This document shows positions 52,140 through 64,000 of a DNA stretch of 64,000 nucleotides, piece by piece (position 1 is the stretch's first letter; each line of letters begins with the position of its first letter). The stretch covers positions 36,394,001-36,458,000 of the forward strand of contig NC_090330.1 in NCBI RefSeq assembly GCF_035084215.1. The letters are read 5' to 3'. The notes beneath the pieces are model-generated. The model saw only the letters and a list, made by a program, of their open reading frames with translations. It was not told the origin of the DNA and ran no database searches. Position numbers and translations under genes: made by a program. Origin of the DNA: Heptranchias perlo. Taxonomy: Eukaryota.

Positions 52140-52435
52140 GTAGTAAACAATGAGAATAACAGCAGAATTCAGGAGGACATAGACAGACTGGTGAAACAGG
52201 CAGACACATGGCAGATGAAATTTAATGTAGTTATGACCTGGAATGCACTGCCTGAAAGGGTGGTGGAAGCAGATTCAACAGTAACTTTCAAAGGAGAATT
52301 GGATAAATATTTGAAAAGGAAACATTTGCAGGGCTATGGGGAAGGAGCAGGGGAGTGGGACTAATTGGATAGCTCTTTCAAAGAGCCGGCACAGGCACGA
52401 TGGGCCAAATGGCCTCCTTCTGTGCTGTATGATTC
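52140..52435 (+). mobile_element. Internally deleted CR1 fragment
   Basis: QEDIDRLV..ADTWQMKFN joined directly to WNALPE and the 3' UTR. Confidence 0.85.
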
Positions 52436-53724
52436 CAGGAGCTAGGCAGTTGGACCAGGAAGAGATAAAACAGACCAAAAAGGGTTTGGTTCAGTAAAGG
52501 TGCAAAGCATAGAAAAATAAAGGGCTGAAGATTGAGGAGTTAAAAACAGCAATGTTGCAAATTGTTCTGTGTTTTAATTCAACAAAGTTAGCAGGTATCC
52601 TGCTGTTGGGAAGTCAGAAAGCAGAATTTTGCAACCTTGGAGGCAAGGTTTTACACAGAAAAGAGTTGTCTTCAGTTATGTCTTTTCCTATATATCTATT
52701 ATAATAGCATTAAAGGAGACTTCATATATGAGTTGCAGAGTCAGTAGCCTGAAGCCGTGCAACGCAGCTCAGGAATCTTCAGACAGATCTGTTAACAAAA
52801 AAGTGAAAGAGCTAGTTTTCTATATGAGATTAGTTCTACTTTAAAGAACTACAATTCTTCTTGCACGCTTCCTATAAATAACCACTTTTTGTTCATTATC
52901 TGAGCTTCCATTCCATGTTTGAGCTGTGGTTAAGTTAAAAAGGAAAATATATCAGCGACCATTCAGAAACCAATTACTAACTGCAAAAAATTCAATGCAT
53001 ATATCCTGTAGTCTCTGTTTTTCAGAAAGGGATTGAATGATCCACAACTTTGTATTCTATTCTTCATCACCATATAACACTCCAGGAGTTTTTGCAAGAA
53101 TTACTTGTTTCAGGTAAAGTTGTAATCCTTAAAATCTAACATTTAGCACTCAAGACAGGGTGCCAAATTGAGCTAGATCAATGTGGAGAGGTGGTGAAAA
53201 TCTGTCAGGTTTTAAAGAATCCCAAATGAAATGCATTTGGAAATTTCAATTTAGTACGCAGTCAGCACGTAGAGAGAGGACAAAACAAAACTCTAATGGT
53301 ATGCCAACACTCACATTTGGAAATCTAGTTCAGATGTGACACATAGGCTGTGTGGTTCTGACATAACTTTCAAGGCTGATCAAGGTGACCCTTGTTGAAA
53401 GAGTGCTTGTGTCTGTATATACTCGTTAAGTGAGGACAGAATCAGACCCAACTATGATACCTTCCTTAATAAAATAGCCTGCTGACACTCACTGTTTAGA
53501 TTTGCATGTGAAGAATAACCACTTGAGTGAGGTTCTGGAGGACACATGCAAGGAAATAGGACCATATGAAATGCCTCTGAGAATACTTAAAGAAATTAGG
53601 ATAGTTTTTCAGCTATGGCTGAAGCATTTCACAAATCACTAAGTACAAGGGCACCAAAAGACTGGAAGATAGGCGCTGCTGTGAGAAAGAAAAGAAAAAA
53701 TAAAAGAAAGATTAAGTGCTTTGG

Positions 53725-54230
53725 TCTCTGGAGTGGGGTTTGAACCCACGGCTTTCTAACTCAGAAGGCAACTATACTGTCACTGAGCCAAAGCTGACAA
53801 CTAAGTAGGAAACACAATTAGAAAATTACTAAGTAAACAATTTAGCAGGAGGCAATACTTACAAGTGTATATTAAAGGCACACCACAACTAATACATTTA
53901 TTTGAATTCTTTGAGGAGGTAACATAATTGGTGAATGTTATACATCTCCACCTTTTGATAAAGTGATTGATAATGTGCCTCACGGCTAGAGTAAATGCCC
54001 TTGAGTTAAAGGAGGAATTAGTGGAATGAATGAACTTGCATTCATACATTGCCTTTCATATCCTCAGGATGACCGACCCAAAGCGCTTCACAGCCAATGA
54101 AATACTTTTGAAGTGTAATCACTTTGTACTATAATAAGCCCAGATTACATGCTCAAGTGCCTGAAGTGAAGCTTGAATTCATGACCATCTAACTCAGAGG
54201 CAGGATTGCTACTTCTGAACCAAGCTGACA
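53725..54230 (-). mobile_element. DeuSINE fragments (head at 53725-53798; deleted copy at 54030-54230) flanking a plus-strand CR1 relic
   Basis: tRNA-like head gtgggttcaaacccc and a tail matching 48968. Confidence 0.7.
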
Positions 54231-54291
54231 CTATTAGATAACATGCTGGCAAATTGGAGACAAAAGTTTGTAATCAAAGGTCATTATAATT

Positions 54292-55475
54292 TTTTCTTAC
54301 TCGTTCATGGAATGTGGGCATCGCTGTCAAGGCCAGCATTTATTGCCCATCCATAATTGCCCTTGAGAAGGTGCTGGTGAGCCGCCTTCTTGAACCGCTG
54401 CAACCCATGTGGTGCAGATTCTCCCACAGTGCTGTTAGGTAGGGAGTTCCAGGATTTTGACCCAGCGACGACGAAGGAATGGCGATATATTTCCAAGTCG
54501 GGATGGTGTGTGACTTGGAGGGGATCGTGCAGGTGGTGTTGTTCCCATGTGCCTGCTGCCCTTGTCCTTCTAGCTGGTAGAGGTCGCGGGTTTGGGAGGT
54601 GCTGTCGAAGAAGCCTTGGCGAGTTGCTGCAGTGTGTCCTGTGGATGATACACACTGCAGCCACAGTGCGCGGTGGTGAAGGGAGTGAATGTTTAGGGTG
54701 GTGGATGGGGTGCCAATCAAGTGGGTTTCTTTGTCTTGGGATGGTGTCGATCTTCTAGAGTGTTGTTGGAGCTGCACTCATCTAGGCAAGTGGAGAGTAT
54801 TCCATCACACTCCTGACTTGTGCCTTGTAGATGATGGAAAGGCTTTGGGGAGTCAGGAGGTGAGTCACTCGCCGCAGAATACCCAGCCTCTGACCTGCTC
54901 TTGTAGCCACAGTATTTATGTGATTGGTCCAGTTAAGTTTCTTGTGAATGGTGATCCCCAGGATGTTGATGGTGGGGGATTCGGCGATGGTAATGCCATT
55001 GAATGTCAAGGGGAGGTAGTTAGACTCTCTCTTGTTGGAGATGGCCATTGCCTGGCACTTGTCTGGCGTGGATGTTACTTGTCACTTATCAGCCCAAGCC
55101 TGGATGTTGCCCAGGTCTTGCTGCATGCAGGCTCGGACTGCTTCATTATTTGAGGGGTTGCGAATGGAACTGAACACTGTGCAATCATCAGCAAACATCC
55201 CCATTTCTGACCTTATGATGGAGGGAAGTTCATTGATGAAGCAGCTGAAGATGGTTGGGTCTGGGACACTGCCCTGAGGATCTCCTGCAGCAATGTCCTG
55301 GAGCTGAGATGATTGGCCTCCAACAACCATTACCATCTTCCTTTGTGCTAGGTATGATTCCAGCCACTGGAGAGTTTTCCCCGATTCCATTGACTTCATT
55401 TTTACTAGGGCTTCTTGATGCCACACTCGTTCAAATGCTGCCTTGATGTCAAAAGCGGTCACTCTCACCTCACCA
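54292..55475 (-). mobile_element. Second-family CR1-clade LINE fragment
   Basis: DIKAAFERVWH, PQGSV and MFADD; same tail as 34532. Confidence 0.92.
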
Positions 55476-55624
55476 TTGCAATGAAGGGACCAGTTCCAAA
55501 GAGAAACGCATGGGCCGATCTATAAAATACAAGGCCAAGAATGAGAAAGTGTCACTTTATAAAGCAACAGGGGGCCCACGTGGAATAGTGCGGCCTTTGT
55601 GTTTACAAAAGGATGGAGGGAATC

Positions 55625-57310
55625 GTTACAGCACAGAAGGCAGCCATTTGGCCCATCGAGCCTGTGCCAGGTCTTTGTAAGAGCAATCCAGTTAGTCCCA
55701 TTCCCCTGCTCTTTCCCTGTAGCCCTGCAAATTTTTTCTCTCCAATTATTTATCCAATTCCTTATTGAAAGCCACGATTAAGTCTGCACCACCACCCTTT
55801 CAGATCATAACTACTCGCTGCGTAAAATTTTTTCCTCATGTCACCTTTGGTTCTTTGCCAAACACTTTAAACCTGTGTCCTCTGGTTCTCGACCCTTCCG
55901 TCAATGGGAACTGTTCCTCTTTATTTACTTCATTTATCTAAGCCCTTTATGATTTTAAACACTACTATCAAATCTCCTCTCAACCTTCTCTGCTCTAAGG
56001 AGAAAAACCCCAGCTTCTACAATCTATCCACATAATTGAAGTCCCTCATCCCTGGAACCATTCTAGTAAATCTTTTCTGCACTGTACAAAGATGATTACA
56101 GGAGATATGAAGCTTGGCTAAGTAATCTTATTAAGAAAAAGAAAATTAAGTATGCACACAATTCAGGTTTTAAAATAACTGACGGTCAGTAATCCAGAGA
56201 GAAGGTATTTTTCAGACAAAGAATGCAACTAGGAGTTAACAATGGCATCAGCTAATTTTGAAGGAGAAAGGCCTATGATGCATTTTCAGTAGAATTAATC
56301 TCCCATCTGCATTAAAAAAATAAAGTGACAAAGCTGCTGTTGACCTTCAGTTTAGTAACATTTCCCTCTCATGGAGATCCTCTATTTCAGGTGTCTGATC
56401 ACAGAGTGCCACTCTGATGATGTGATGTATGGCATCCCAGAGCAGCTCTATTTATTTATGGGGCAATCACCTCTTTCATATAAACCATCACAGTTTACAG
56501 CACAAAGAGGCCATTTGGACCATCGTGTCTGCCAGCTCTTTGCAAGAGCAATCCAAATCTGTCCTAGTGTCTCCTCATAGCCCTAGACCTTCCTCTGCTT
56601 CAAATATTTCTTCAATTTTCCCTTAAAAGATGCAATGGTCTCTGCCTCAGCCACTGCTGTGGCACAGCATTCCATGCTCCAACAACCTGCTGCGTAAAGA
56701 AATTTCTCCGAACCTCCCTCCTCCCTCTCTTCGTGCTAATTTTAAATTGATGACACCCTCGTCACTGACTCCCTAACTAGAAGAAATAGTCTTTCCCTAT
56801 TCAACTTTTCAAAAGCCTTCATAATTTTTAGAACTTCTTAAATCTCCTTAGTCTTCTCTCTTGCTGTGGAAATAGTCCTACTGTCTGAGGTGTTCAGAGA
56901 ATACTAATCTGTATTTGGGAACTCAATAGCAAAGTGGATGAAGCATGCTTTCCTTTCGTCTTTGAGGCTTGATAATTTAGACTGATAAGATAGAAGCTCT
57001 CTCGTTTGGGCGGTTTCAACCCCAATTCCCAGAACGGTTAGAAAGATCATTACAGATGAGGGAGGTAATTCAGCCCATCAAGCTCACTCTTCCTTAGATG
57101 CCTACAGTTCCCCCTCCCTCAATCAAAGTATCTAACTGCCTCTTGAATGAATGCATGGCTTTTGCCTCCATTACTCTATCTGGAAGATCGTTCCAGGTAT
57201 AATCGTTTTTTGCATGAAGTGCTTCCTGACATCAGTCCTGAACTTGCTTTTTGCCAGTTATACCTATCTGCTCTTGTCCTTTAGTTGTGGCTCAATTTGA
57301 AATATTGCTC
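55625..57310 (-). mobile_element. Cluster of three CR1 3' fragments (55625-56083, 56495-56880, 57040-57310)
   Basis: Each begins with the reverse-complement CR1 3' UTR (cagcacagaagg..ccatt.ggcccatc) and has FF.QRV-like sequence. Confidence 0.75.
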
Positions 57311-58099
57311 CAGAGTACATTATTTTTAAAATTTTACTTAGTATCTAAAGATGCATCTACATTGTTAGTTTAGCAATTTCCACTTTGCACTGATGCTGAA
57401 GTGGCAATGTAAATCAGGATTTGGGGCCTGACCTGTCTCACAAAAGCAGAGACAGTCCCTGAAGGCAGTAGTCTCATACCACTTCAGTTTGACACTACAT
57501 GGAGTGTTAATCTTGTCAAACCTGACTTAAACCTACCTGGCCTTAATTTAAATGTTTAGAGAGCAGAGACCCTCCCCAATGTCTAAACAATTACATTTCT
57601 AAAATTGTGGGAGAAAGCTACGCACATACTTGTATTTAGGCACATGCCGAGCTCTCTCCTGAACGGAACAGTTAAAATTCCAGCCAGACAGCAAACAAGC
57701 AATTTAAACAAGGTTCTACCTGGCTGGAACCCAAACTGTAACAGCCAGTCTCAGACCAGTAAATGAGTGTTAATGCACCCTTGTATATCACTATAAGATA
57801 TCTTCTCATGTGCTTCCTTTTAAATTTGAAGTGTCTGAGTTTATCTCACCTTTCCTCCCAAATTTATGACGCTACAAACTTAATCCTCTGATACTATGGA
57901 GCAAAGTCATGCCCCTACTCTGCACTACTTCCAGGTCTTGGGATGTTTCTCTTGTGACTCTGAACAGTACCCAAGATGCAGCCTGCCCAGAGCACTGCAC
58001 AGCTTCAACACAACCACAGACATATTCTACTGATCTAGCAATAAAACATTGTCTGCTTTGTTCATTACTGCTCTGCAATGACTGGATAGGAAAAAGGAA

Positions 58100-58460
58100 A
58101 GCACTTGTATTTATAAAACACCTTTCACTATCTCACGACGTCCCAAAGCGCTTTACAGCCAATGAAGTACAGAAAATGCTGGAAATACTTAGCAGGTCAG
58201 GCAGCATCTGTGGAGAGAGAAGCAGAGTTAATGTTTCAGGTCCTGCTGACCTGATATTTCCAGTATTTTGTTTTTATTTCAGATTTCCAGCATCTACAGT
58301 ATTTTGCTTTTGTTTAAGTACTTTTCTAGTGTAGTCACTGTTGTAATGCAGGAAAATCGGCAACCAATTTGCACACAGCGAGCTCCCACTAACAGCAAGG
58401 TGATAATGACCAGATAATTTTTTTTAGTGGTGTTGGTTGTGGGATAAATATCAGCCAGGC
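58100..58460 (-). mobile_element. DeuSINE 3' half containing a Penelope-derived fold-back insert at 58171-58315
   Basis: The SINE rejoins at aatgaagtac|ttttctagtgtagtcac, and AAGTAC flanks both sides of the insert. Confidence 0.8.
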
Positions 58461-59546
58461 CAGGATATGGTCAGTGTTGAATCTACAATGACTCCCAGAT
58501 CTCTTCTCCAGGCTCTCTCCTAGCTGGTTCCCCATCATTCATTAAGTGTGTCCCTGATTTTTCAAATGTCAGTCTGCAACATCTTGCACTATTTGTATTG
58601 ATTGTCATCTGCCATGTTTCTGCCCACTTGAAAATTTTCTCCAAGTCTTTCTATAATACCTTGGCTGCTTTATCGGATTTGACTGTCAAAAAAGAAGTTA
58701 TATTTTCCTGTTGGAAATGCTGATTCATAGCCTGCTAACATGGAAAGGAATTTCATTAACATACAAGTCATGCTCATGAGAACCTGCACTGTTGACCACA
58801 GCAGTTTGGAAGGACAACAAAAATACGGCAGAAATACAAAAACCTAATTTTAGGTGACATTACCACAGGTGCTCTTCCTTGCTGTACAGCAAGTCCCATC
58901 TAAAGTGCTTGTATGCAAGCACAGGGCACTTTGTTTATGTTGAAGTAAATCAAAGATGCCTCTTTGCAGTGCATTTCATACCGTGGATGGCTTTAATCAA
59001 GCATATAAAATTGGACCTGTTCAGAAATCAAGACAAAAAGAGATGTTTCAGACTTGTAAAAATGGGATTTGTATATGGAACCCTTAATATAAAGATCTAG
59101 GGTTATCCTTGTTTAGGCAGTTAAATTAAATCTAGATATCACTTTTGGATTTATAATGTCATAAACACGCAACAGCCAAACATCAGTCTCTGATTATGAT
59201 TTTCTTGCTGGTAAAAGAAAATGTATAATGAGGTAAGAATATTTAAATATGGCAGTCTGGAAGTATTTATAGATACTAAAGTCTCTTTGGATTGAAACAA
59301 CGTTGGCAAACCACTTGATGCATCACAGAGCAGTGGATGTGTGCAGAAGACTTCCAAGCAAAACCATTAACTCCTTCAAAGACAGCTAAATAAATATCTA
59401 GCTATTTATGGGACTGATTTATAAGAACATGTATAGATACTCCTTGGTACATGATGGTTTTTGTGCAGCTGAGGCTAAGGAAATGTCACACAAAAAACAA
59501 CTGGCTAGGATTTAATAGTAGAGAGGAATAGATAAGACAAAACTAA

Positions 59547-60075
59547 ATAGAATCATAGAAAGGTTATAGCATGTAAGGAGGCCATTCGGCCCATCAAGTC
59601 CGTGCCGGCTCTATGCAAGATCAATCCAGCTAGTCCCACTTCCCAGCCCTATCCCCGTAGCCCTGCAATTTTTTTTCCCTTCAAGTACTTATCCAGTTCC
59701 CTTTTGAAGGCCATGATTGAATCTGCTTCCACCACCCCCTCGGGCAGTGCATTCCAGATCCTAACCACTCGCTGTGTAAAAAAGTTTTTCCTCATGTCAC
59801 CTTTGGTTCTTTTGCCAATCATCTTAAATCCATGACCCCTGGTTCTTGACCCTTCTGCCAATGGGAACAGTTTCTCTCTATCTACATTGTCTAGACGCTT
59901 CATAATTTTGAATACTTCTATCAAATCTCCTCTCAACCTTCTCTGTTCCAAAGAGAAGGTTATGCTAATAAGGTTAGATGAAGAGGGGTGGGAGGCAGCT
60001 CAAGTGGAGCATAAACACTGGCATGGACCAGTTGGGCCGAATGGCCTGTTTCAGGGCTGTACATTCTATGTAATG
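59547..60075. mobile_element. Two back-to-back CR1 3' ends (- 59547-59950; + 59952-60075)
   Basis: Minus-strand ORF LRGDLIEVFK..FFTQRVVRIWNALP; the plus-strand tail resembles 20310-20430. Confidence 0.85.
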
Positions 60076-60154
60076 CTATGTAACAAAATCCTTTTGTTTT
60101 GTATGGGGGAAGGGTGGAGGAGACAGCTGAAGCCTATGAAGTGCGGCACCTAAA

Positions 60155-60590
60155 CCAAGGGCTACTGGCAGCGGCGGACCTGAGCGGCGATAGAGCAGCA
60201 GCGGGCCCATGAAGAGCGGGGGAAGAGGCCTCGAGACCAGAGCTACCGGCAGCGGCGGACCTGAGCGGTGGCAGCGGGCCCATGAAGAGCGGGGGAAGAG
60301 GCCTCGAGACCAGAGCTACCGGCAGCGGCGGACCTGAGCGGTGGCAGCGGGCCCATGAAGAGCGGGGGAAGAGGCCTCGAGACCAGAGCTACCGGCAGCG
60401 GCGGACCTGAGCGGTGGCAGCGGGCCCATAAAGAGTGGGGGAAGAGGCCTCGAGATCAGAGCTACCGGCAGCGGCGGACCTGGGTGGTGGCAGCGGGCCC
60501 ATAAAGAGCAGGGGAAGAGGCCTCGAGACCAGAGCTACCGACGGCAGGGGACCTGAGCGACAGCAGCGGGCCCATAAAGAGCGGGGGACC
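60155..60590 (+). repeat. Tandem array of a 73-bp GC-rich unit (about 6 copies) at the CR1 5' end
   Basis: gaga(c/t)cagagctacc starts at 60233, 60306, 60379, 60452 and 60525 (period 73), with partial or variant units at each end. Confidence 0.95.
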
Positions 60591-60833
60591 AAGATCAAAA
60601 ACAAAACAACAAAAATCAAGGAGTAACGTCACAGGACAGCAGGTAATTGGTTGGTTGGTGTGTATTAGCCTTTTTTTTCCTCTAAAGTAGGGCATTGGTT
60701 TGCACTAACAGCTGGGAAATTAAAAGGGGTAGGTTGATCAGGGTAAGTAGAGAGTAAGTAAATTAATAATAACAGTATTGTAAGTCTTTAATTTATTTCT
60801 GTTAAGTTGAGTAGTAATCTAATAAATCGAGGC

Positions 60834-61760
60834 ATGGCAGGGCACGTCAGACCCATCGAATGCACATCTTGTGCCATGTAGGAACTCCAGGACGCGTCCG
60901 TGTCCTGGACAACCACAGGTGCAGGAAGTGTCGTCAGCTGAAGGAGCTCGAGCTCCAAGTTTCGGAGCGTGAGCAGCGGCTGGCGTCACTGCAATGCATC
61001 CGTGAGGCAGAGGCCTACATGCAAAGCACGTTCTGAAGGTGGTCACCCCACAGCATAAGAGAGTACAGGCAGAGAGGGACTGGGTGACCGCCAGACAGAC
61101 AAGGAGGACCAGGCAGGTAGTGCAGGAGTCCCCTGACGGCATCTCACTCTCTAAGCGGTATTCAGTTCTGAATACTGGTGGGGGACAGGGTTCCTCTGGG
61201 GAGTGCAGCCAGAGCCAAGTCCACAGCACCATGGGTGGCTCAACTGTACAGGAGGGGAGGAGAAAGGTCAGGAGAGCAATAGTGATAGAGGATTCAATAG
61301 TTAAGGGAACAGACAGGCGTTTCTGCGGCCGCAGACGTGATTCTAGAATGGTATGTTGCCTCACTGGTGCCAGGGTCAAGGATGTCACTGAGCGGCTGCA
61401 GAACATTCTGGAGGGGGAGGGTGAATAGCCAGAGGTCTTGGTACCAATGACATAGGTAGAAAGAGAGATGAGGTCCTGAAGGAAGATTTTAGGGAGTTAG
61501 GAAAGAGATTAGTAAGCAGGACCTCAAAGGATTACTCCCAGTGCCACGAGCTAGCGAGTATAGAAATAGGAGGATAGAGTAGATGAATGCGTGGTTGGAG
61601 AGATAATGCAGGAGGGAAGGCTTTAGATTTCTGGGGCATTGGCACTGGTTCGGGGGGAGGTGGGACCTGTACAAGCTGGACGGTTTGCACTTCAACAAAG
61701 CTGGGACCAATGTCCTTGTGGGGAGGTTCGCAAGTGCGGTGGGGGAGGGTTTAAACTAAT
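60834..61760 (+). pseudogene. CR1 ORF1 (Cys-rich zinc finger, coiled coil, SGNH/GDSL esterase-like domain)
   Basis: MAGHVRPIECTSCAM*..CRKC, then IVIEDSIVKG..VCCLTGARVKDV, GTND and DGLH. Confidence 0.88.
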
Positions 61761-61889
61761 TTGGCAGAAGGGTGGGCACCAGGATGCAGCATTGGAAAGG
61801 AGAAACAAGGTGCACGAAGCATTGGGAAAGATAGCACTAGAATAAGAAATAGTACAGTATTAGGTGGGATCAGAAGGTTTAAGATAGGT

Positions 61890-64000
61890 TTACAGTGCAT
61901 GCGTGCAAACGCGTGAAGCGTAGTAAATAAGGTTGGTGAGCTGCAGGTGCAATTAGCCACATGGGAATATGATGTTGTGGTGATAATGGAGACCTGGCTC
62001 AAAAAAGGGCAGGATTGAATACTAAATATTCCTGGATAAAAGGTGTTCAGGAAAGATAGGGAAGGAAATAAAGTGTTTGTTGGGGTGGGAGGTTGGTGGC
62101 AGTATTGATTAAGGAGAATATTACAGTGCTGGAGAGAGAGGATGTCCTGGAGGGGTCAAGGACAGAATCTATTTGAGTTAAGAAACAATAGAGGCACCAT
62201 TACATTACTGGGGGTATTCTATAGACCACCAACTAGAGGGATGGATATAGAGGAGCAAAGTCACAGGGAAATTACAGAGAGGTGCAAGAACTATAGAGTA
62301 GTGATAATGGGGGACTTCAACTATCCTAATATAGACTGGGATAGTAAAAGTGTAAAGGGCAAAGAGGGAGAGGAATTTCTGAAGTGTGTTTGGGAGAACT
62401 TTCTTGATCAGTACGTTTCCGGTCCAACGAGGAAAGAGGAATTGCTGGATCTGGTTCTGGGGAATGAGGTGGGTCAAGTGGAGCAAGTGTCAATGGGGGA
62501 ACATTTAGGGAGCAGCGATCGTTGTATTATAAGGTTTAGATTAGCTATGGAAAAGGACAAGGACCACTCTAAAGTAAAAATATTCAATTGGAGGAGGGCC
62601 AATTTCAGTGGGATGAGAACCAATCTGGCCCGGGTAAATTGGAATCAAAGATTGGCAGGCAAAACTGTAATTGAACAATGGGCGGCCATTAAAGAGGCGA
62701 TGGTTCGGGTACAGTCTAGGTACATTCCCATGAGGGAGAAAGGTAGAGCAACTAAAGCCAGAGCTCCCTGGATGACAAAAGAGATAGAGAGTAAGATTGA
62801 AGCAGAAAAAAGGGGCGTATGACAGATGTCAAGTTGATAATACAAGTGAGAGCCAGACTAAATATAGAAAGTTCAGAGGGGAAACGAAAAAGGAAATAAG
62901 AGGGGGAAAGAGAGAGTATAAGAATAAACTGGCAGCCAACATAAAAGGGAATCCAAAAGTCTTCTTTAGGCATATAAACAGTAAATGGGTAGTAAGAGGA
63001 GGGGTGGGACTGATTAGGGACCAAAAAGGAGATCTACACATGGAGGCAGAGGGCATGGCTGAGGTACTAAATGAGTACTTTACATCTGTCTTTACCAAGG
63101 AAGAAGATACTGCGAAAGTCTCAGTAAAAGAGGAGGCACTTGATATACTGGACTGCTAAAAATTGAGACAGAGGCGATACCAGAAAGGCTGGCTGTACTT
63201 AAAGTAAATAAGTCACTCGGTCCAGATGAAATACATCCTAGGTTGCTGAGGGAAGCAAGGATGGAAATTGCGGAGGTACTGGCCATAATCTTCCAATCAT
63301 CCTTAGATACAGGGTGGTGCCAGAGGACTGGAGAATTGCAAATGTTACACCCTTGTTCAAAAAAGGGTGTAAGGATAAACCCAGCAACTACAGGCCAGTC
63401 AGTTTAACCTCGGTAGTGGGGAAACTTTTAGAAATGATAATCCGGGACAAAATTAACAGTCATTTGGATGAGTGTGGATTAATTAAGGAAATCCAGCTCG
63501 GATTTGTTAAAGGCAAATCGTATTTAACTAACTTGATTAAGTTTTTTGATGCGGTAACAAAGATGGTCGACGAGGGCAATGCGGTTGATGTGGTGTACAT
63601 GGACTTCCAAAAGGCATTTGTTAAAGTTCCGCATAATAGGCTTGTCATCAAAGTTGAAGCCCATGGAATAAAAGGGGCAGTGGCAGCTTGGATACGAAGT
63701 TGGCTAAGTGCCAGGAAACAGAGAGTGGTGGTAAACGGTTGTTTTTCACACTGGAGGGAGGGATATAGTGGTGTTCCCCAGGGGTCGGTACGAGGACCAT
63801 TGCTTTTCTTGACATATATTAATGACTTGGACTTGGGTGTACAGGGCACAATTTCCAAATTTGCAGATGACACAAAACTTGGAAGGGTAGTGAACAGTGA
63901 GGAGGATAGTGATAGACTTCAAAAGGATATAAACAGGTTGGTGGAATGGGCAGATGAAACTTAACACAGAAAAGTGTGAAGTGATACATTTTGTTAGAAA
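61890..64000 (+). pseudogene. CR1 ORF2 (APE endonuclease and RT), disrupted
   Basis: ETWL, GVFYRPP, MGDFNYP, GSSD, NYRPVSLTS, YMDFQKAF, GVPQGS and KFADDTK. Confidence 0.93.

Larger units (their letters stand above)
60155..64000 (+). mobile_element. Near full-length CR1 LINE, decayed, continuing past the window end
   Basis: 5' UTR, ORF1 and ORF2 in order, with stops and frameshifts. Confidence 0.93.

Noticed and set aside
53026-53113. Plus-strand exon-like segment
   Set aside because: All three frames contain stops and the donor is weak.
60155-60590. CRISPR-like array
   Set aside because: The units are contiguous with no unique spacers, there are no cas genes, and the array abuts a CR1 5' UTR in vertebrate DNA.
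63314-63964. Prokaryotic retron, group II intron or defence RT
   Set aside because: The motifs, upstream APE endonuclease and esterase ORF1 identify a CR1 non-LTR retrotransposon.

Overview
This is repeat-dominated vertebrate genomic DNA. The CR1/L2/Penelope/DeuSINE/Harbinger inventory points to a cartilaginous fish such as a shark (inference). I cannot identify any host protein-coding gene; the long ORFs I can assign are transposon-derived. The window holds many 5'-truncated CR1 LINEs, a near full-length CR1 running off the right edge with a 73-bp monomer array at its 5' end, a second CR1-clade LINE family, L2 relics, at least three SINE families, Penelope termini with hammerhead-like cores, and many PIF/Harbinger derivatives. 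The most notable structure is at 23.1-26.1 kb. It is an inverted young CR1 whose inversion point coincides with a young-to-old subfamily switch in the host CR1, consistent with homology-primed twin priming. Also notable are a templated 173-bp capture at a CR1 5' junction, multi-level nesting, and several short minus-strand exon-like segments. Coordinates and alignments were read by eye, so boundaries of old elements are approximate.
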